From Albugo candida (Eukaryota): a DNA stretch of 20,000 bases. A program made the translations under genes and the position numbers. Shown in pieces: positions 1 to 12,290 of this stretch; the stretch's first letter is position 1, and every line of letters starts with the position of its first letter. Location: positions 369,874 to 389,873 of the forward strand of contig JBDOQK010000030.1 of assembly GCA_040437565.1 (NCBI GenBank), written 5' to 3'. The notes under the pieces are model-generated. The model was not told the origin of the DNA, made no database searches, and saw only the letters and a program-made list of their open reading frames with translations.

Positions 1-665
1 ACGGGTATGGAGAGAGTTGGCTTACGTTGCCCTGGTAATGTAAAGCCTCTCACCCGAACCAACTCAATTTTCATACGCTACTATGTCGATCTTTCTATGA
101 AAGAGTGTGATCAGCGAGGAAACATCATGTCGAAGCATGTCTGAGAGCCATGTAGCAATATGCCAGAACGTTTATAAGGTCAACAGAAACAGAGAGCGGT
201 ACCACCACCCATTCACTCTACACATCAAAGAACGGATCAAAGGTTGCTTTCCACTTTATTTATGCTTGCACGATACACTTCTAATTAGACGCATACTATC
301 AGCAGCGCAGATTTTAGGTACACAGCGCCAATGGAAGAATATCGCCGGAGTCTGATTCGTTACACCGAATATTTGTGTAGCTTCCTAGTCGGTGCGAACA
401 GGTCATGGGATGGGTATGGATGGAATCTTTGGAGCAGAGATATTCCTGATCTTCGACGATGCAATTTGCACCCACTCTAAGCACAAAGAAATGTCCTCTT
501 TCAATGACAGCAGTGACATAGCAACAAAATCAATTCCCACACATGCACATGTGAATATGGCTGGTCGAGCTATCATACATACCATTATATGAAGAATTGG
601 AGCCTGAAACTTCATTGCAGAGAGATCGCTTTCCATGCCGCTTGACCAAATGCTCGTCGAGAAGG

Positions 666-3600
666 CGACGATTCGTAGGAAGTTATGAACAGAAGGAATT
701 GAGTCAGAACCTCGGTGTTGTATGGATGCTTCCAACAGGCTTCAATCTGCAGAACACTCAACTATTGTGTTAGTGGTCAAGCTACACTGAGATGTATTGT
801 GTCGACGGTAGTTTACGATTGCAGTGCTAAAAGGATTTTTTTATATTTTGGCAAGTCGGTTGAGCAATGCGTCCTTGGTTTTCGAGAATGCAGTCATGTC
901 TTCGTCGCGATGAGTAAACTCTTCTTGGATCTATTCTCTTGTACCATACACTGTTTTGATGAAGCCCCGAAAGAACCTCTTAAACGATAAACAATGTTGA
1001 TCACGAAGCCCGAATGCTTTCCACTGATTTTATGCATAAGGAGCATGGGGACGCAAATGTATTGGCGAGCTAAGCGATGTCTGATGGAAGCGGTCGGCTG
1101 AAAGATCCGTATCACATGGACATATGGAATGTGTAGTGAGCACGGTTAACGCTCGTTAGGAAGCTGGACGCACACTTTATGGACGATAGCACGATTAGTA
1201 CAAGTCCAATTCGTTTAGTTTAAAATTCTGAAAAGCCGAGTAATAGAATGGACAATGGACGCTGGATTAGAGTCGAAAGGGCTGATGCAGCTTTTTTGGC
1301 TCTTCGCTTTGCTAAAAGCTTTGAAACACACAAGCTTAGGCACAACTTGCTCCTTGTTGAACGTTTTATTAAGCAAGTTGAACTCGTTTAACTCGAAAAA
1401 AACGCATGCTACGTGTATACCATTTCTTTTGAAGTCAGCACTGGATAAACGAACGGGTACACTTTATGCAGAGTGCTTATCAATCTATGTGACAGATGAT
1501 ACAAATACACTAAAGCCAATCAATTGTGTAAACGACATCGCAAGAACCATCGCAGCTTTTCAGAAAGGATGATGGACTCGAGACCGTGAGACTTGGATAT
1601 TTGGTCCGCATTTATCAGGATGAAACTAACATGGTTACAATCAGAGTACCCTTGTCAGCACAAGGAATCATGTAGTCGGATCTCTTCCGCAAACGTGCGC
1701 CTGATGGGACCATAGAATCTGGATCGTGCACACAAAGTGTATGGCTTCATGACGACATCCAATTTACTGAAAGATACTATTTTAGAATTCCAGTCACAAA
1801 AGCCCATTTCTGCACACTCATATGCAGCGAATCTATGCCGTGCATACCGCCTCGAAACAAGTACCACATCTTATCACGATCTACTTCAATTCGCTTATGG
1901 CAAGCGATATACGGTCAAGGATCCAAACGATTTATTGGGCTGTATATACTGCAAAGGCTTGTAACGGATTGAAATATGCAGAAGACAGATGATAGAACAC
2001 GTAATTTATTGTTTGTGGGCGACGTTTTACAGGGGATAGCATAAGAAATTGGGCAGATTTGAAGCTGAGCTGAGTTGAGTTGAATTTGTCGGTGAGGTGT
2101 GCAGGTAAATGTATGTAACTATGAAATGTGGTAACTATGCTGAGCATACACGACTGCAATTTTACAAAAGTACATAGAATCCTGGATTTGGAGACATAGA
2201 AAAACCCCACGCTCAGGTGTTTTCGCTTGGAGGTCTAGGCGGCTGTACTTTATACGATCTTATAAAAGTACTTGGAATCAGTTGATACTTTGCGAATAGA
2301 ATATATCAATGTGAAATGGTTTTCTACATACATGTCAAACAGCATAGTATACAAGCATGGTGGAAGCCTGCATNNNNNNNNNNNNNNNNNNNNNNNNNNN
2401 NNNNNNNNNNNNNNNNNNNNNNNNNNNNNNNNNNNNNNNNNNNNNNNNNNNNNNNNNNNNNNNNNNNNNNNNNCGACGATTCGTAGGAAGTTATGAACAG
2501 AAGGAATTGAGTCAGAACCTCGGTGTTGTATGGATGCTTCCAACAGGCTTCAATCTGCAGAACACTCAACTATTGTGTTAGTGGTCAAGCTACACTGAGA
2601 TGTATTGTGTCGACGGTAGTTTACGATTGCAGTGCTAAAAGGATTTTTTTATATTTTGGCAAGTCGGTTGAGCAATGCGTCCTTGGTTTTCGAGAATGCA
2701 GTCATGTCTTCGTCGCGATGAGTAAACTCTTCTTGGATCTATTCTCTTGTACCATACACTGTTTTGATGAAGCCCCGAAAGAACCTCTTAAACGATAAAC
2801 AATGTTGATCACGAAGCCCGAATGCTTTCCACTGATTTTATGCATAAGGAGCATGGGGACGCAAATGTATTGGCGAGCTAAGCGATGTCTGATGGAAGCG
2901 GTCGGCTGAAAGATCCGTATCACATGGACATATGGAATGTGTAGTGAGCACGGTTAACGCTCGTTAGGAAGCTGGACGCACACTTTATGGACGATAGCAC
3001 GATTAGTACAAGTCCAATTCGTTTAGTTTAAAATTCTGAAAAGCCGAGTAATAGAATGGACAATGGACGCTGGATTAGAGTCGAAAGGGCTGATGCAGCT
3101 TTTTTGGCTCTTCGCTTTGCTAAAAGCTTTGAAACACACAAGCTTAGGCACAACTTGCTCCTTGTTGAACGTTTTATTAAGCAAGTTGAACTCGTTTAAC
3201 TCGAAAAAAACGCATGCTACGTGTATACCATTTCTTTTGAAGTCAGCACTGGATAAACGAACGGGTACACTTTATGCAGAGTGCTTATCAATCTATGTGA
3301 CAGATGATACAAATACACTAAAGCCAATCAATTGTGTAAACGACATCGCAAGAACCATCGCAGCTTTTCAGAAAGGATGATGGACTCGAGACCGTGAGAC
3401 TTGGATATTTGGTCCGCATTTATCAGGATGAAACTAACATGGTTACAATCAGAGTACCCTTGTCAGCACAAGGAATCATGTAGTCGGATCTCTTCCGCAA
3501 ACGTGCGCCTGATGGGACCATAGAATCTGGATCGTGCACACAAAGTGTATGGCTTCATGACGACATCCAATTTACTGAAAGATACTATTTTAGAATTCCA

Positions 3601-4181
3601 GTCACAAAAGCCCATTTCTGCACACTCATATGCAGCGAATCTATGCCGTGCATACCGCCTCGAAACAAGTACCACATCTTATCACGATCTACTTCAATTC
3701 GCTTATGGCAAGCGATATACGGTCAAGGATCCAAACGATTTATTGGGCTGTATATACTGCAAAGGCTTGTAACGGATTGAAATATGCAGAAGACAGATGA
3801 TAGAACACGTAATTTATTGTTTGTGGGCGACGTTTTACAGGGGATAGCATAAGAAATTGGGCAGATTTGAAGCTGAGCTGAGTTGAGTTGAATTTGTCGG
3901 TGAGGTGTGCAGGTAAATGTATGTAACTATGAAATGTGGTAACTATGCTGAGCATACACGACTGCAATTTTACAAAAGTACATAGAATCCTGGATTTGGA
4001 GACATAGAAAAACCCCACGCTCAGGTGTTTTCGCTTGGAGGTCTAGGCGGCTGTACTTTATACGATCTTATAAAAGTACTTGGAATCAGTTGATACTTTG
4101 CGAATAGAATATATCAATGTGAAATGGTTTTCTACATACATGTCAAACAGCATAGTATACAAGCATGGTGGAAGCCTGCAT
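666..4181 (+). repeat. Exact 1708-bp direct duplication (666-2373 = 2474-4181) flanking a 100-N gap; probable unmerged contig overlap
   Basis: All ORFs recur at offset +1808 with identical translations; the copies end and start exactly at the gap edges (2374-2473). Confidence 0.9.
1255..1972 (+). pseudogene. Possible decayed small secreted-protein gene (copy 1; identical copy at 3063-3780)
   Basis: ORF 1255-1572 has a hydrophobic MQLFWLFALLKAL segment and spaced Cys. A second frame is open from about 1562 to 1972 apart from one TAG at 1673, suggesting a frameshift near the T-run at 1557-1560. No recognised homology. Confidence 0.3.
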
Positions 4182-6399
4182 CCGACTGATCAGCTTATAT
4201 GCCGGATAAGGGTTTCCGAACTCTGTGGAGAGTAGGAGATATCAGTGATTCGTACTGACGGATGGGAGTTTACCGTCATTCTAAATCCTGAACGCGCAAA
4301 GAAATAGCTAATATATATAGAGAAGTAGATAAAACGAGGTAAATGATACTACACTTAATCGAGGATATTTGCATTTTCGTGGTCTTTTTTACAGGAGCTG
4401 TCAAAAGACATAAAAAGGCATGTCTTTGTTACCATATCTGCACTTGCCAAGCGAGATGTACCTTCCGTATCCTCAGCGCAATGGCTATGCCGAACTAAAT
4501 GCATATTTTATATCATAAAGTGATTTACTGCGATAAAGTAAACACCATATTTTATTTCTTTATGCGCCAATGTGGTGATCGTGACGCCATCAGATGATGC
4601 AAATTCATCCGCTCCATGTTCTCATTGACAATAAAAGAGCCCTACTAAGTATGCTACTGTCACACCATACCATATATCTGAAAGCTTATTGGATTCGTCT
4701 TACCAAATCCGTATTTAGTCCTCGAGGTTGCACCTCTGCAACCATACGATGAAATGTGTCGATGTAGTAACGCTTTTTTCTTTTTAGAACCAGTCGCATA
4801 TTCACATATCCGTCGTTTCATCTTTTTCATCTCACTTCCTTTCAGCTGTAGGAGTCAAATTTCTCTAGAAAGGAAAGGTCATGGGCTCTGCTGGGTTATA
4901 GTGAGTGAAGCGTAGAGCTCCAAGAATCTTTTATTTTATCCCTTTCGTTCAACTCCTCAACATTTTGTAGTCTGATCGTATTCCAGAATGATTTTATGGG
5001 TGGCACTGTGGCTTCTCTTTTTTTTGTATCCTTTGATCTAGCGGCTGGCTCCTCAGCGTCCAGATGCAAGCATTAATACCATATTGTCCAAAAAAAGGTC
5101 GTTCATCCAAACATTTGAGCAGTTTTCCTTCCCACATTCTTCTGACACGTCTTGTATGCAATCTGATCACATAATTTGACGATTTATCCAACTGAAGAGG
5201 GCACGTTGGAGTACCAAATACGATCCCCACGTAGCCAGCACGAGATCCATGCCCGAAAAGGGTTCTTTTAAGGTCGCGATGACCAATCGATATCCCTCGC
5301 AATTGAAAGAGTATAATATGATAAATATTGGTTTCGTTTCTTTTCACTCCAACGGAACTGTTTCGCTTCGGTGGGATCGAAATTCTCGTGAACGCATCGT
5401 GCCTCAAGAATGGTCATCGGATGGAAGTCAGCTGTTAACCTGAAACCTTCGTTAAAACCATCACCCGGATGTTGCTACCCGGCTTTTTGTACCTAGTCCC
5501 CAAAGGAAATCTAAAAGAAGCTATTAGATATGAAATTGCCATTTTCCTTTATAAAAAAGAACAGCATCATCCCATTGAAGTACTATGAATGCTTGACCTC
5601 CATGTTTCTGAATTTCAGCTAAAACCGACCACCTCGAGTGCCTTTCATCTTGTTTTAGCTGTAGAATGGTCTGAATATCGGAAGTTCTGGCTTAGGAAGC
5701 TCAACGCGATACTGCACTTGAGACTTCAAAGGTCCAGTTTTTTTTGCGTCCGCGGTTTTTGGGGTGTATCAAGGAAATCAGTACATTCTTCCTCTGGTTC
5801 TACTAGCACTTGAATTTCTAAATATCACTTGGGTACATCTCAGGTCGGGCTTCAGTCTACGAGGCACAAAACGTAGACGTTAACAAAAGTACTTGTCTTT
5901 TTCTTGCGGATTATGGACCATAGCGACCGAATATGTGAAGAATGGTATGAATGAATATAACTAATTGAATTCCAGCGTTTCTTTAAGGTGGCATTTTGTC
6001 CTTAGTTGGAACACCTTCGATAGATGTATCTTGAAATCTAAAAGCGGATGGTCTAGCTTTTCTCGGGCATATTTTTTCTATGCATCAATGGATTGAAGGA
6101 AATCGGGATATCGTGGCGCTTTGATTACAGCATACATTCGCGTGTCTTTGGACGTAAAAAGAGACTGACAATACGATACACTTGACGCAGCATAGAAATC
6201 TGATCATTATTTTTGGACTCTGGATAATGGGGTTTTCCCACAGCGTTCTCCATTCATAATCGGTCTTCCGATCTTTCAGAGCTAATCGGACCAATTCGTA
6301 TGTTTTGGAACTTGTAACTCGAACTATTCGAAAGTTGTGCGACACCAAACCGTTTGTCTTGGAGTGGAATCGTATTCAATACAGGGTACAGGTATCAAA

Positions 6400-6458
6400 T
6401 TTGGATTAGCGTAAAGTTCTGATAACAAGTTTGGATTAGCGTAAAGTTCTGATAACAA
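6400..6458 (+). repeat. 30-bp-period tandem duplication (tttggattagcgtaaagttctgataacaa x2)
   Basis: Identical 29-mer at 6400-6428 and 6430-6458; the second copy overlaps the outer end of the left hairpin arm. Confidence 0.95.
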
Positions 6459-6737
6459 CTTTGCCTTTGCATGCTTAAATAATTCTTGGATACTTGCAAC
6501 ATTAACACGAGTAGAGGAGACGTGCTACTTAGCAGTCTATATCACATCATTTGTGTACGGCGAACTATCCTGTCCTAAGAGGTACGTGAGTGTCTTCCTT
6601 GTGACGTATGATTATTAGAGCTACACAAATGATGTGATATAGACTGCTAAGTAGCACGTCTCCTCTACTCGTGTTAATGTTGCAAGTATCCAAGAATTAT
6701 TTAAGCATGCAAAGGCAAAGTTGTTATCAGAACTTTA
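6442..6737. repeat. Perfect inverted repeat: 116-bp arms (6442-6557 and 6622-6737), 64-bp spacer
   Basis: taaagttctgataacaac...catcatttgtgta is the exact reverse complement of tacacaaatgatg...gttgttatcagaacttta. Confidence 0.95.
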
Positions 6738-6953
6738 NNNNNNNNNNNNNNNNNNNNNNNNNNNNNNNNNNNNNNNNNNNNNNNNNNNNNNNNNNNNNNN
6801 NNNNNNNNNNNNNNNNNNNNNNNNNNNNNNNNNNNNNTACACAAATGATGTGATATAGACTGCTAAGTAGCACGTCTCCTCTACTCGTGTTAATGTTGCA
6901 AGTATCCAAGAATTATTTAAGCATGCAAAGGCAAAGTTGTTATCAGAACTTTA
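6622..6953 (+). repeat. Exact 116-bp direct duplication (6622-6737 = 6838-6953) across a 100-N gap; probable assembly artefact
   Basis: The duplicated unit is exactly the hairpin arm and abuts both edges of gap 6738-6837. Confidence 0.85.
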
Positions 6954-9883
6954 AAAACCTTGAAGCGTGTTCGTCGTCGTTCTTTCCATCTGGTGTCTTG
7001 GAGAAGAGATAAGAGCGTCTCAAAGAGTTTTTCAGTAGATATATTTGAAAGAAGCTTGTACAAAGTATCATGCAAGATCAAAGTGCTGCCACAATACTCT
7101 TCATACAACTGATAGTCGAACATCTGATCACTCCAGTGCACATCGAGGCGTATTTCATTGCATCCGAGTACAATTTTCTTTCCATGTCACACTGGGTGAT
7201 GTAAAATATCCGGTAAACCTAATGGGATGTGGAATAATTTGACAGTTCTGATTTTTTGCAATCTATTTTTTTTTGGTCGAGGGGGTCTAATTTGATTATG
7301 CTCCTCTAGAAAGGAAGTCATACAAGTCGCATCATCCAAGCTTCGCTTTTGACAACAAAACGTCGTCAAATACTGTGCTGGATAGTTTGGACACTACGCG
7401 GTTTCCTCAAAGAGCCAAATTTGTAAAGAAAAGCCTTTTCTATCTTATGTATTGATATACAGATACGGAGAGCATCTTATTACGCTAATTATTCCTGACA
7501 AGCCGATCTCTCATGATCATCGCGACTAGTACAGATTGTTTTTGAGTAAACAAGCTCATCCATATTGATCAATGTACTCCATCTATAATCTCGTCTACTA
7601 TTCTAAGCAGTACCATGCCAGTTTTCACTACGTTCAGATTGAATTGCTCCACCGCATTGGTCAAGAGCTTGCACGTTATCTTGTGCGTTATTCAATAAGA
7701 ATCGGTCAGTTAGTACTCTTTAAGCATTTAGCTTGTTATACAAGTTGCTGCCTCTGATGACACAAATACGAGCGAGTACTTCCTCACGAACGAGTCTTTT
7801 TTTAATGAGTGGAAAAAGGTCATGTAGCTAGCAAATAAAGCATTGTAAGGGATGCGAATATATCGAAAGGTTCACATACTGAACCGAATTCAGAAGCTCT
7901 ATGATGTCCGTTGTTTTCTGGACAAGAGTGAGGAATGAACAACAGATCAATCAGAACTAGATTTCCAAGTCCAGAGAAAATCGGTCTCCACGTTTTTTGC
8001 ATCTGTAATATGTTCTAGAACAGTATTTGTATATTCATCCACGCAGAATGAAAATTGCTGGTTATTTACAAGTTACTGCACTAGACACTCGCAAATATTC
8101 ACCTACTCATGTACCTCTTTAGATTTCAAAGTTTAGGAGACAAAAGTATGTGTGAAATCTCCATAAAGCAATCCTTAATGTCATTGTCTTAACAGTTTAA
8201 AAGTATCAGCGTCATCACTGACTGATTACAAATTGTTGCACTTGCTAGCGATTACGAAAACGTATAAACTGTCAATGCAATGTATGCTATTTGTTTGACG
8301 GTAATGGACAATATAGGGACTCTGCTTTTTAGAAGACAAGCTTCTATCTGGTCATCACTTTTGAGAATAATCGTTTTATTGCCCATTGCCAAGGGCGCTC
8401 CAAAGTGAAGACTGTATAAGTATCCGCCAAGATAAATCATCGTTTCAATTGAATTTTGAACATTGATAAAGATTCACCAGATGTAGCATCAATTGACTGG
8501 CTTCAAAAGTCTGTTTAAGATTATGGCGATTTGGGAGACTGCGATATTGATACCTTAAGTGGGCAATACGCGGTATCCTGGAGCCCTTAGGTCAGAAGTT
8601 TCCATACCGTGGATGTTGTGTAAATGGGGTGGAAGTTGGCATTTATCAATTTGCATTCAGCTGAAACTGTTATGTGTATCATTCAAGTGTCAGACTCACA
8701 GGGTGCGGGCCAGTGCTCCAGGTTGTTCTAGCACGTGAGCATGTTCTTTTTCGAAAAGGACGAGTTCGAAAAGATCTTCCAAGGGATGACCCAACTACCA
8801 GGCAAGCTGATCGCTAAAAACGTGTAGCAAGGATACAAAACAAAGTGGGCACCATGATGAGTATCTCCGAATTTTTCGTGACATACTGTGAAGGTAAGAA
8901 AAGAAAATCTTCCTTTTTCGCTGGTAGCTACATACGGAGCAACACGTCGTCCCTCTGTTGTACTAGCGGTATTGAAAGTGTGTGCGCATACGTTGGATGT
9001 AAGGGTGTATTCATCTGATTTCGATGTTATGAGTTGAGAGATTATCAGGCGCCATGATGGCACTTTATGGGGACTTCAATCCGTAACACACATCAAAGTC
9101 GCTTCCAATGCCAGTTCGCTATGCCTCGAACCTCCATACGACCGAGCCTTTCATACTTTACGACTTGCTGTACTACGCAAACACTCACGTAAGATACGTT
9201 TCACATCGTGTACAAGTCATCTTCATCGGGATGATTCAAATACGACCAAGCTTTTACCTCAATCCATTCAAAAGCTCACTATCTTTGCTGTGATGGCTCT
9301 TGAACACAAGCGATAATGAGATTTCATGCGCATGGTGGACGAGCGACATTGCAAAAAGTAGATCTTTAGAGTGCTTCACATTGTGACAACTTTCGATCAC
9401 ATTTTCGTGGTTAATGCCCGGTCGCAATAGGCGCGCATGCTGATCGAATAGAGATGAAAATTACAGTGATTTCAACGTTCAGCTGCTCATTTTGTGTTGC
9501 TACACTTTCACTCCATTTACGAAGCCTTGCGAGCTTAATTGAATCGAACCGTATGCACTTCAGCTACTCAAGCCGCTCTACGATTCACCGAAATCGAGCT
9601 GCTTCCATTCGGCTATTATTATTCAAATATGAGCTGTTGCCCGCGAAATGAGACCGAAAATTATATAACGTCATCACATTGCCCCAAACTTCTTTGGACA
9701 CCAATAGGGCCAGTGCAAGCACCAGTACGGAATGTTGCCAGAAACTATTGATGACTGGTACACCAGGATAGCGGTAATATTCTATCATTTATCTGAATGT
9801 ATACGGTAATGGATGATAGATAGATTGCGTTAAACGTAATGCAAAGCAGTCTGCAATCCAGCGTCAAGTTTGTGCCTGATATT

Positions 9884-9983
9884 NNNNNNNNNNNNNNNNN
9901 NNNNNNNNNNNNNNNNNNNNNNNNNNNNNNNNNNNNNNNNNNNNNNNNNNNNNNNNNNNNNNNNNNNNNNNNNNNNNNNNNNN
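9884..9983. other. Assembly gap (100 N) without flanking duplication
   Basis: Run of 100 N; the flanks share no sequence. Confidence 0.99.
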
Positions 9984-11234
9984 AATCTACAAGTGTTGAG
10001 CTCCTATCTCGCCTAATCAGACCGCTACAGATCGCCCTTCATATAATCAAACAAGTGAAAATGAATTGAAAATAGGAATGCATATCCACCGATGTGTACG
10101 TCAGCGTATTCGTCCAAACTAATCGCTGAAGCCATCGCTGATGCAGCTTTATCCACTATTGAATGCAAGGATGAGAAATCGAAGGTTAAGGTAGAAACGA
10201 GAAGGAAGAACTCGAAAGCACTACCGAGTACAGCAGGTCGAGACGAGAGAAACGTTTCGACTGAGTCAAGAGTGCATTTACCGTCCGCATTGAACGGTCT
10301 GTAATAAATGTGAAAGGTAACAAACTTTTTAAAGCGGGATCGGATATCCCGCAGAATGAAAAAGAGGACGGGAATCAAGAATCAGACAGCCTGAGAAAGA
10401 GATCGATTAATATTGAAAAGAAAGTCATAAATAAAGGAACAAGAGACACTGGTGGAGGCAATCCAAAGGAGGAAGACGAGCAAATCGATTACGTACCGTC
10501 TGAACACGTAGCCATTGGGAAATTTGCATGCAATGAGACGTTTTACAAAGCATGCAATCTCATGCGATCTCGCTGGGAAAGAGATGATTCAACGTAATAA
10601 GAGAATTACATAGTACACAATGTGCTATGTATACTGGCAAGCAGATCAACGTACTAAAATTGGGCGCTTCAAGTACCAAAGAATTTTTATCCACATAAGA
10701 TCCCAGTTTGTATAAGCAATCGTCTGAATTATACTGTCAGCGATGGACTCGAACCCCCGTATACTAAAACGTAAATGACCTTGGAACTATAGCGTCTTGC
10801 TGAAAATTCGATCGTTTCCGCACCACGCCAAGAAAACGTGTCGCTACAAACATCACACCATACCAAAAGGACCATAATCGAAAATTTAACTTCTGCAGCA
10901 TCACGACATGTAATTTTATCATCTCCAAGCAATGCATATGTAATTAACAATCCTTCTGACGACAAGGAATCGGAATCTTTCCAAGGAAAACTACTCAACC
11001 CTCCTGAAGACAAAAGGTTTTGAGAACTGGAACCGCTGGTCAGATGGACTACAGAAAACCGCAATAGATGAAGCTGGAATCGAATCGGCCAAAGTACGTC
11101 AAACAGCCGCAGCGCTTTCTGTGGCACTTGGTGGAGCCATGGCCATTATTACCGGCGTCCTAGGAACAACGTCAACGACGCGTCCGACACACGTGATTGG
11201 AGTGGCCGGTGTCGGATTACTGTCACAGCAATAG
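9984..11234 (+). pseudogene. Decayed lineage-specific gene: charged/disordered linker, Cys-containing segment, C-terminal Gly/Ala-rich hydrophobic segment
   Basis: ORFs 10310-10597 and 10838-11023 share a frame, separated by a few stops. ORF 10092-10304 and the stretch 11022-11234 (…TAAALSVALGGAMAIITGVLG…VIGVAGVGLL*) join by single frameshifts. K/E/D/S-rich protein-like composition. 5' end lies in or beyond the gap 9884-9983. Confidence 0.45.
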
Positions 11235-11799
11235 ATCTGTATCAGCTTAGTGTTGTGATCAATCACTCGATTTGCAGCTCGTCCTCGCTTTCGAGAGGAA
11301 ATGTCATACCCCTCCTTCATGATTCTTCTTTTTGGAGAAGACAAACGTCCTTCGAATGATGATTATGGACGGCGACTGTCAGAAAATGGCATGGTACGCG
11401 CGAGTTGTCGGCATACAACTGGATATGCTTCATTATGTAACTTTGGGTGGAGTCGCTGTGTCCTAACCAGCCGTTATGTGACCTTGCACCAAGTTTTCCT
11501 CAGATAGCTGAAAGACTGCACGGCCAGGGCGTGTCCCTTTTCTTCATACTGGCATTTGCTCTTTCTTCTCTATTTCATGATATCGAGTAATGCCATCTAT
11601 TCTATCCAGGATCGAAATGTAAAACTATCAGAGCCTGTACTTCAAGTGGGGTAATACTGCGCAAAATCGGTCAAACGTGTCACGAATTGCTTTTATCTCT
11701 CACTGCTCAATTACAAAAGCTATATAGCACTGTTAAAATTATTCACATATACAGAGAACAATAACACCCGCCAGCGTTCTTGCCTTTTTGTCAGTAACC

Positions 11800-12290
11800 T
11801 AAATGATAGATTCTTATGCAGACTTTAACACGGTATTCGAACGCTAGATGCGATGAAGGCTTTATAGGCGTGCCATATTTATTCGAATGTGTTGCAGGGA
11901 ATGTAGCGCGATTAGTGCTCAGACATATGCTAATGGGCTCTCAATCATCTCCGTTTGTACTGGAGTACAGGATTTCTCATGTGGGTCATAATCGTTGTCG
12001 CGGGCTTTATGGAAGCTGTCATCAGCTCACAGAGATAACTTCGAACCCACGATCGCTTTTATAACAAGGAAAGCAATATGAGGCTTTGCAAACGATCTCC
12101 TTATATATGTTGTCAATGTTGAGATTGTTTCTACTCTCCTGCACTGTATTACCTGAATCTGCCAGAGTCTCCTGAGTGATTCGTTTGTGTCAGCATCAGC
12201 ATCAGCACCAGTTATCTGTATTATACCAGCACCGGTCCCGTGCCAGTATTCTACGAAGGAAAAAAATCGTATTGTAATGCAAGTTGAACA
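11800..12290 (-). pseudogene. Probable 3' continuation of the CCG-like pseudogene beyond the copia insertion
   Basis: Contiguous with 17651+ in the pre-insertion allele, as shown by the TSD. Contains CSTCITIRFFSFVEY at the junction and CFPCYKSDRG (12075-12046, another CxxCxxxxxG). Lower boundary approximate. Confidence 0.4.

Larger units (their letters stand above)
6085..8440 (-). pseudogene. Possible decayed secreted-protein (effector-like) gene
   Basis: Chain of short minus-strand ORFs (8252-8440, 7820-8002, 7187-7369, 6917-7141, 6085-6348). Starts with a weak signal-peptide-like MIYLGGYLYSLHFGAPLAMG. Recurrent Cys motifs: IEACLL, ICECLV, AATCITS, DATCMTS, CCVKCIV. No recognisable domain. 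Confidence 0.3.

Noticed and set aside
2250..2581. ORFs spanning N gaps (also 6671-6909, 9839-10069, 16173-16535)
   Set aside because: Open only because N runs hide stop codons.
6400..6458. Two ~30-bp direct repeats resembling a minimal CRISPR array
   Set aside because: Repeats are adjacent with only a 1-nt separator, no spacers, no cas genes, eukaryotic context.
8728..9063. 111-aa minus-strand ORF
   Set aside because: No recognisable motif or supporting context; length within chance expectation.
11249..11540. TGTTG-initiated, slightly GC-richer stretch as a possible solo LTR
   Set aside because: No similarity to the identified LTRs; no matching terminus with a TSD found.
12189..12210. Short (TCAGCA)n hexamer repeat (ADADAD on the minus strand)
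   Set aside because: Only about three units; ordinary slippage microsatellite.
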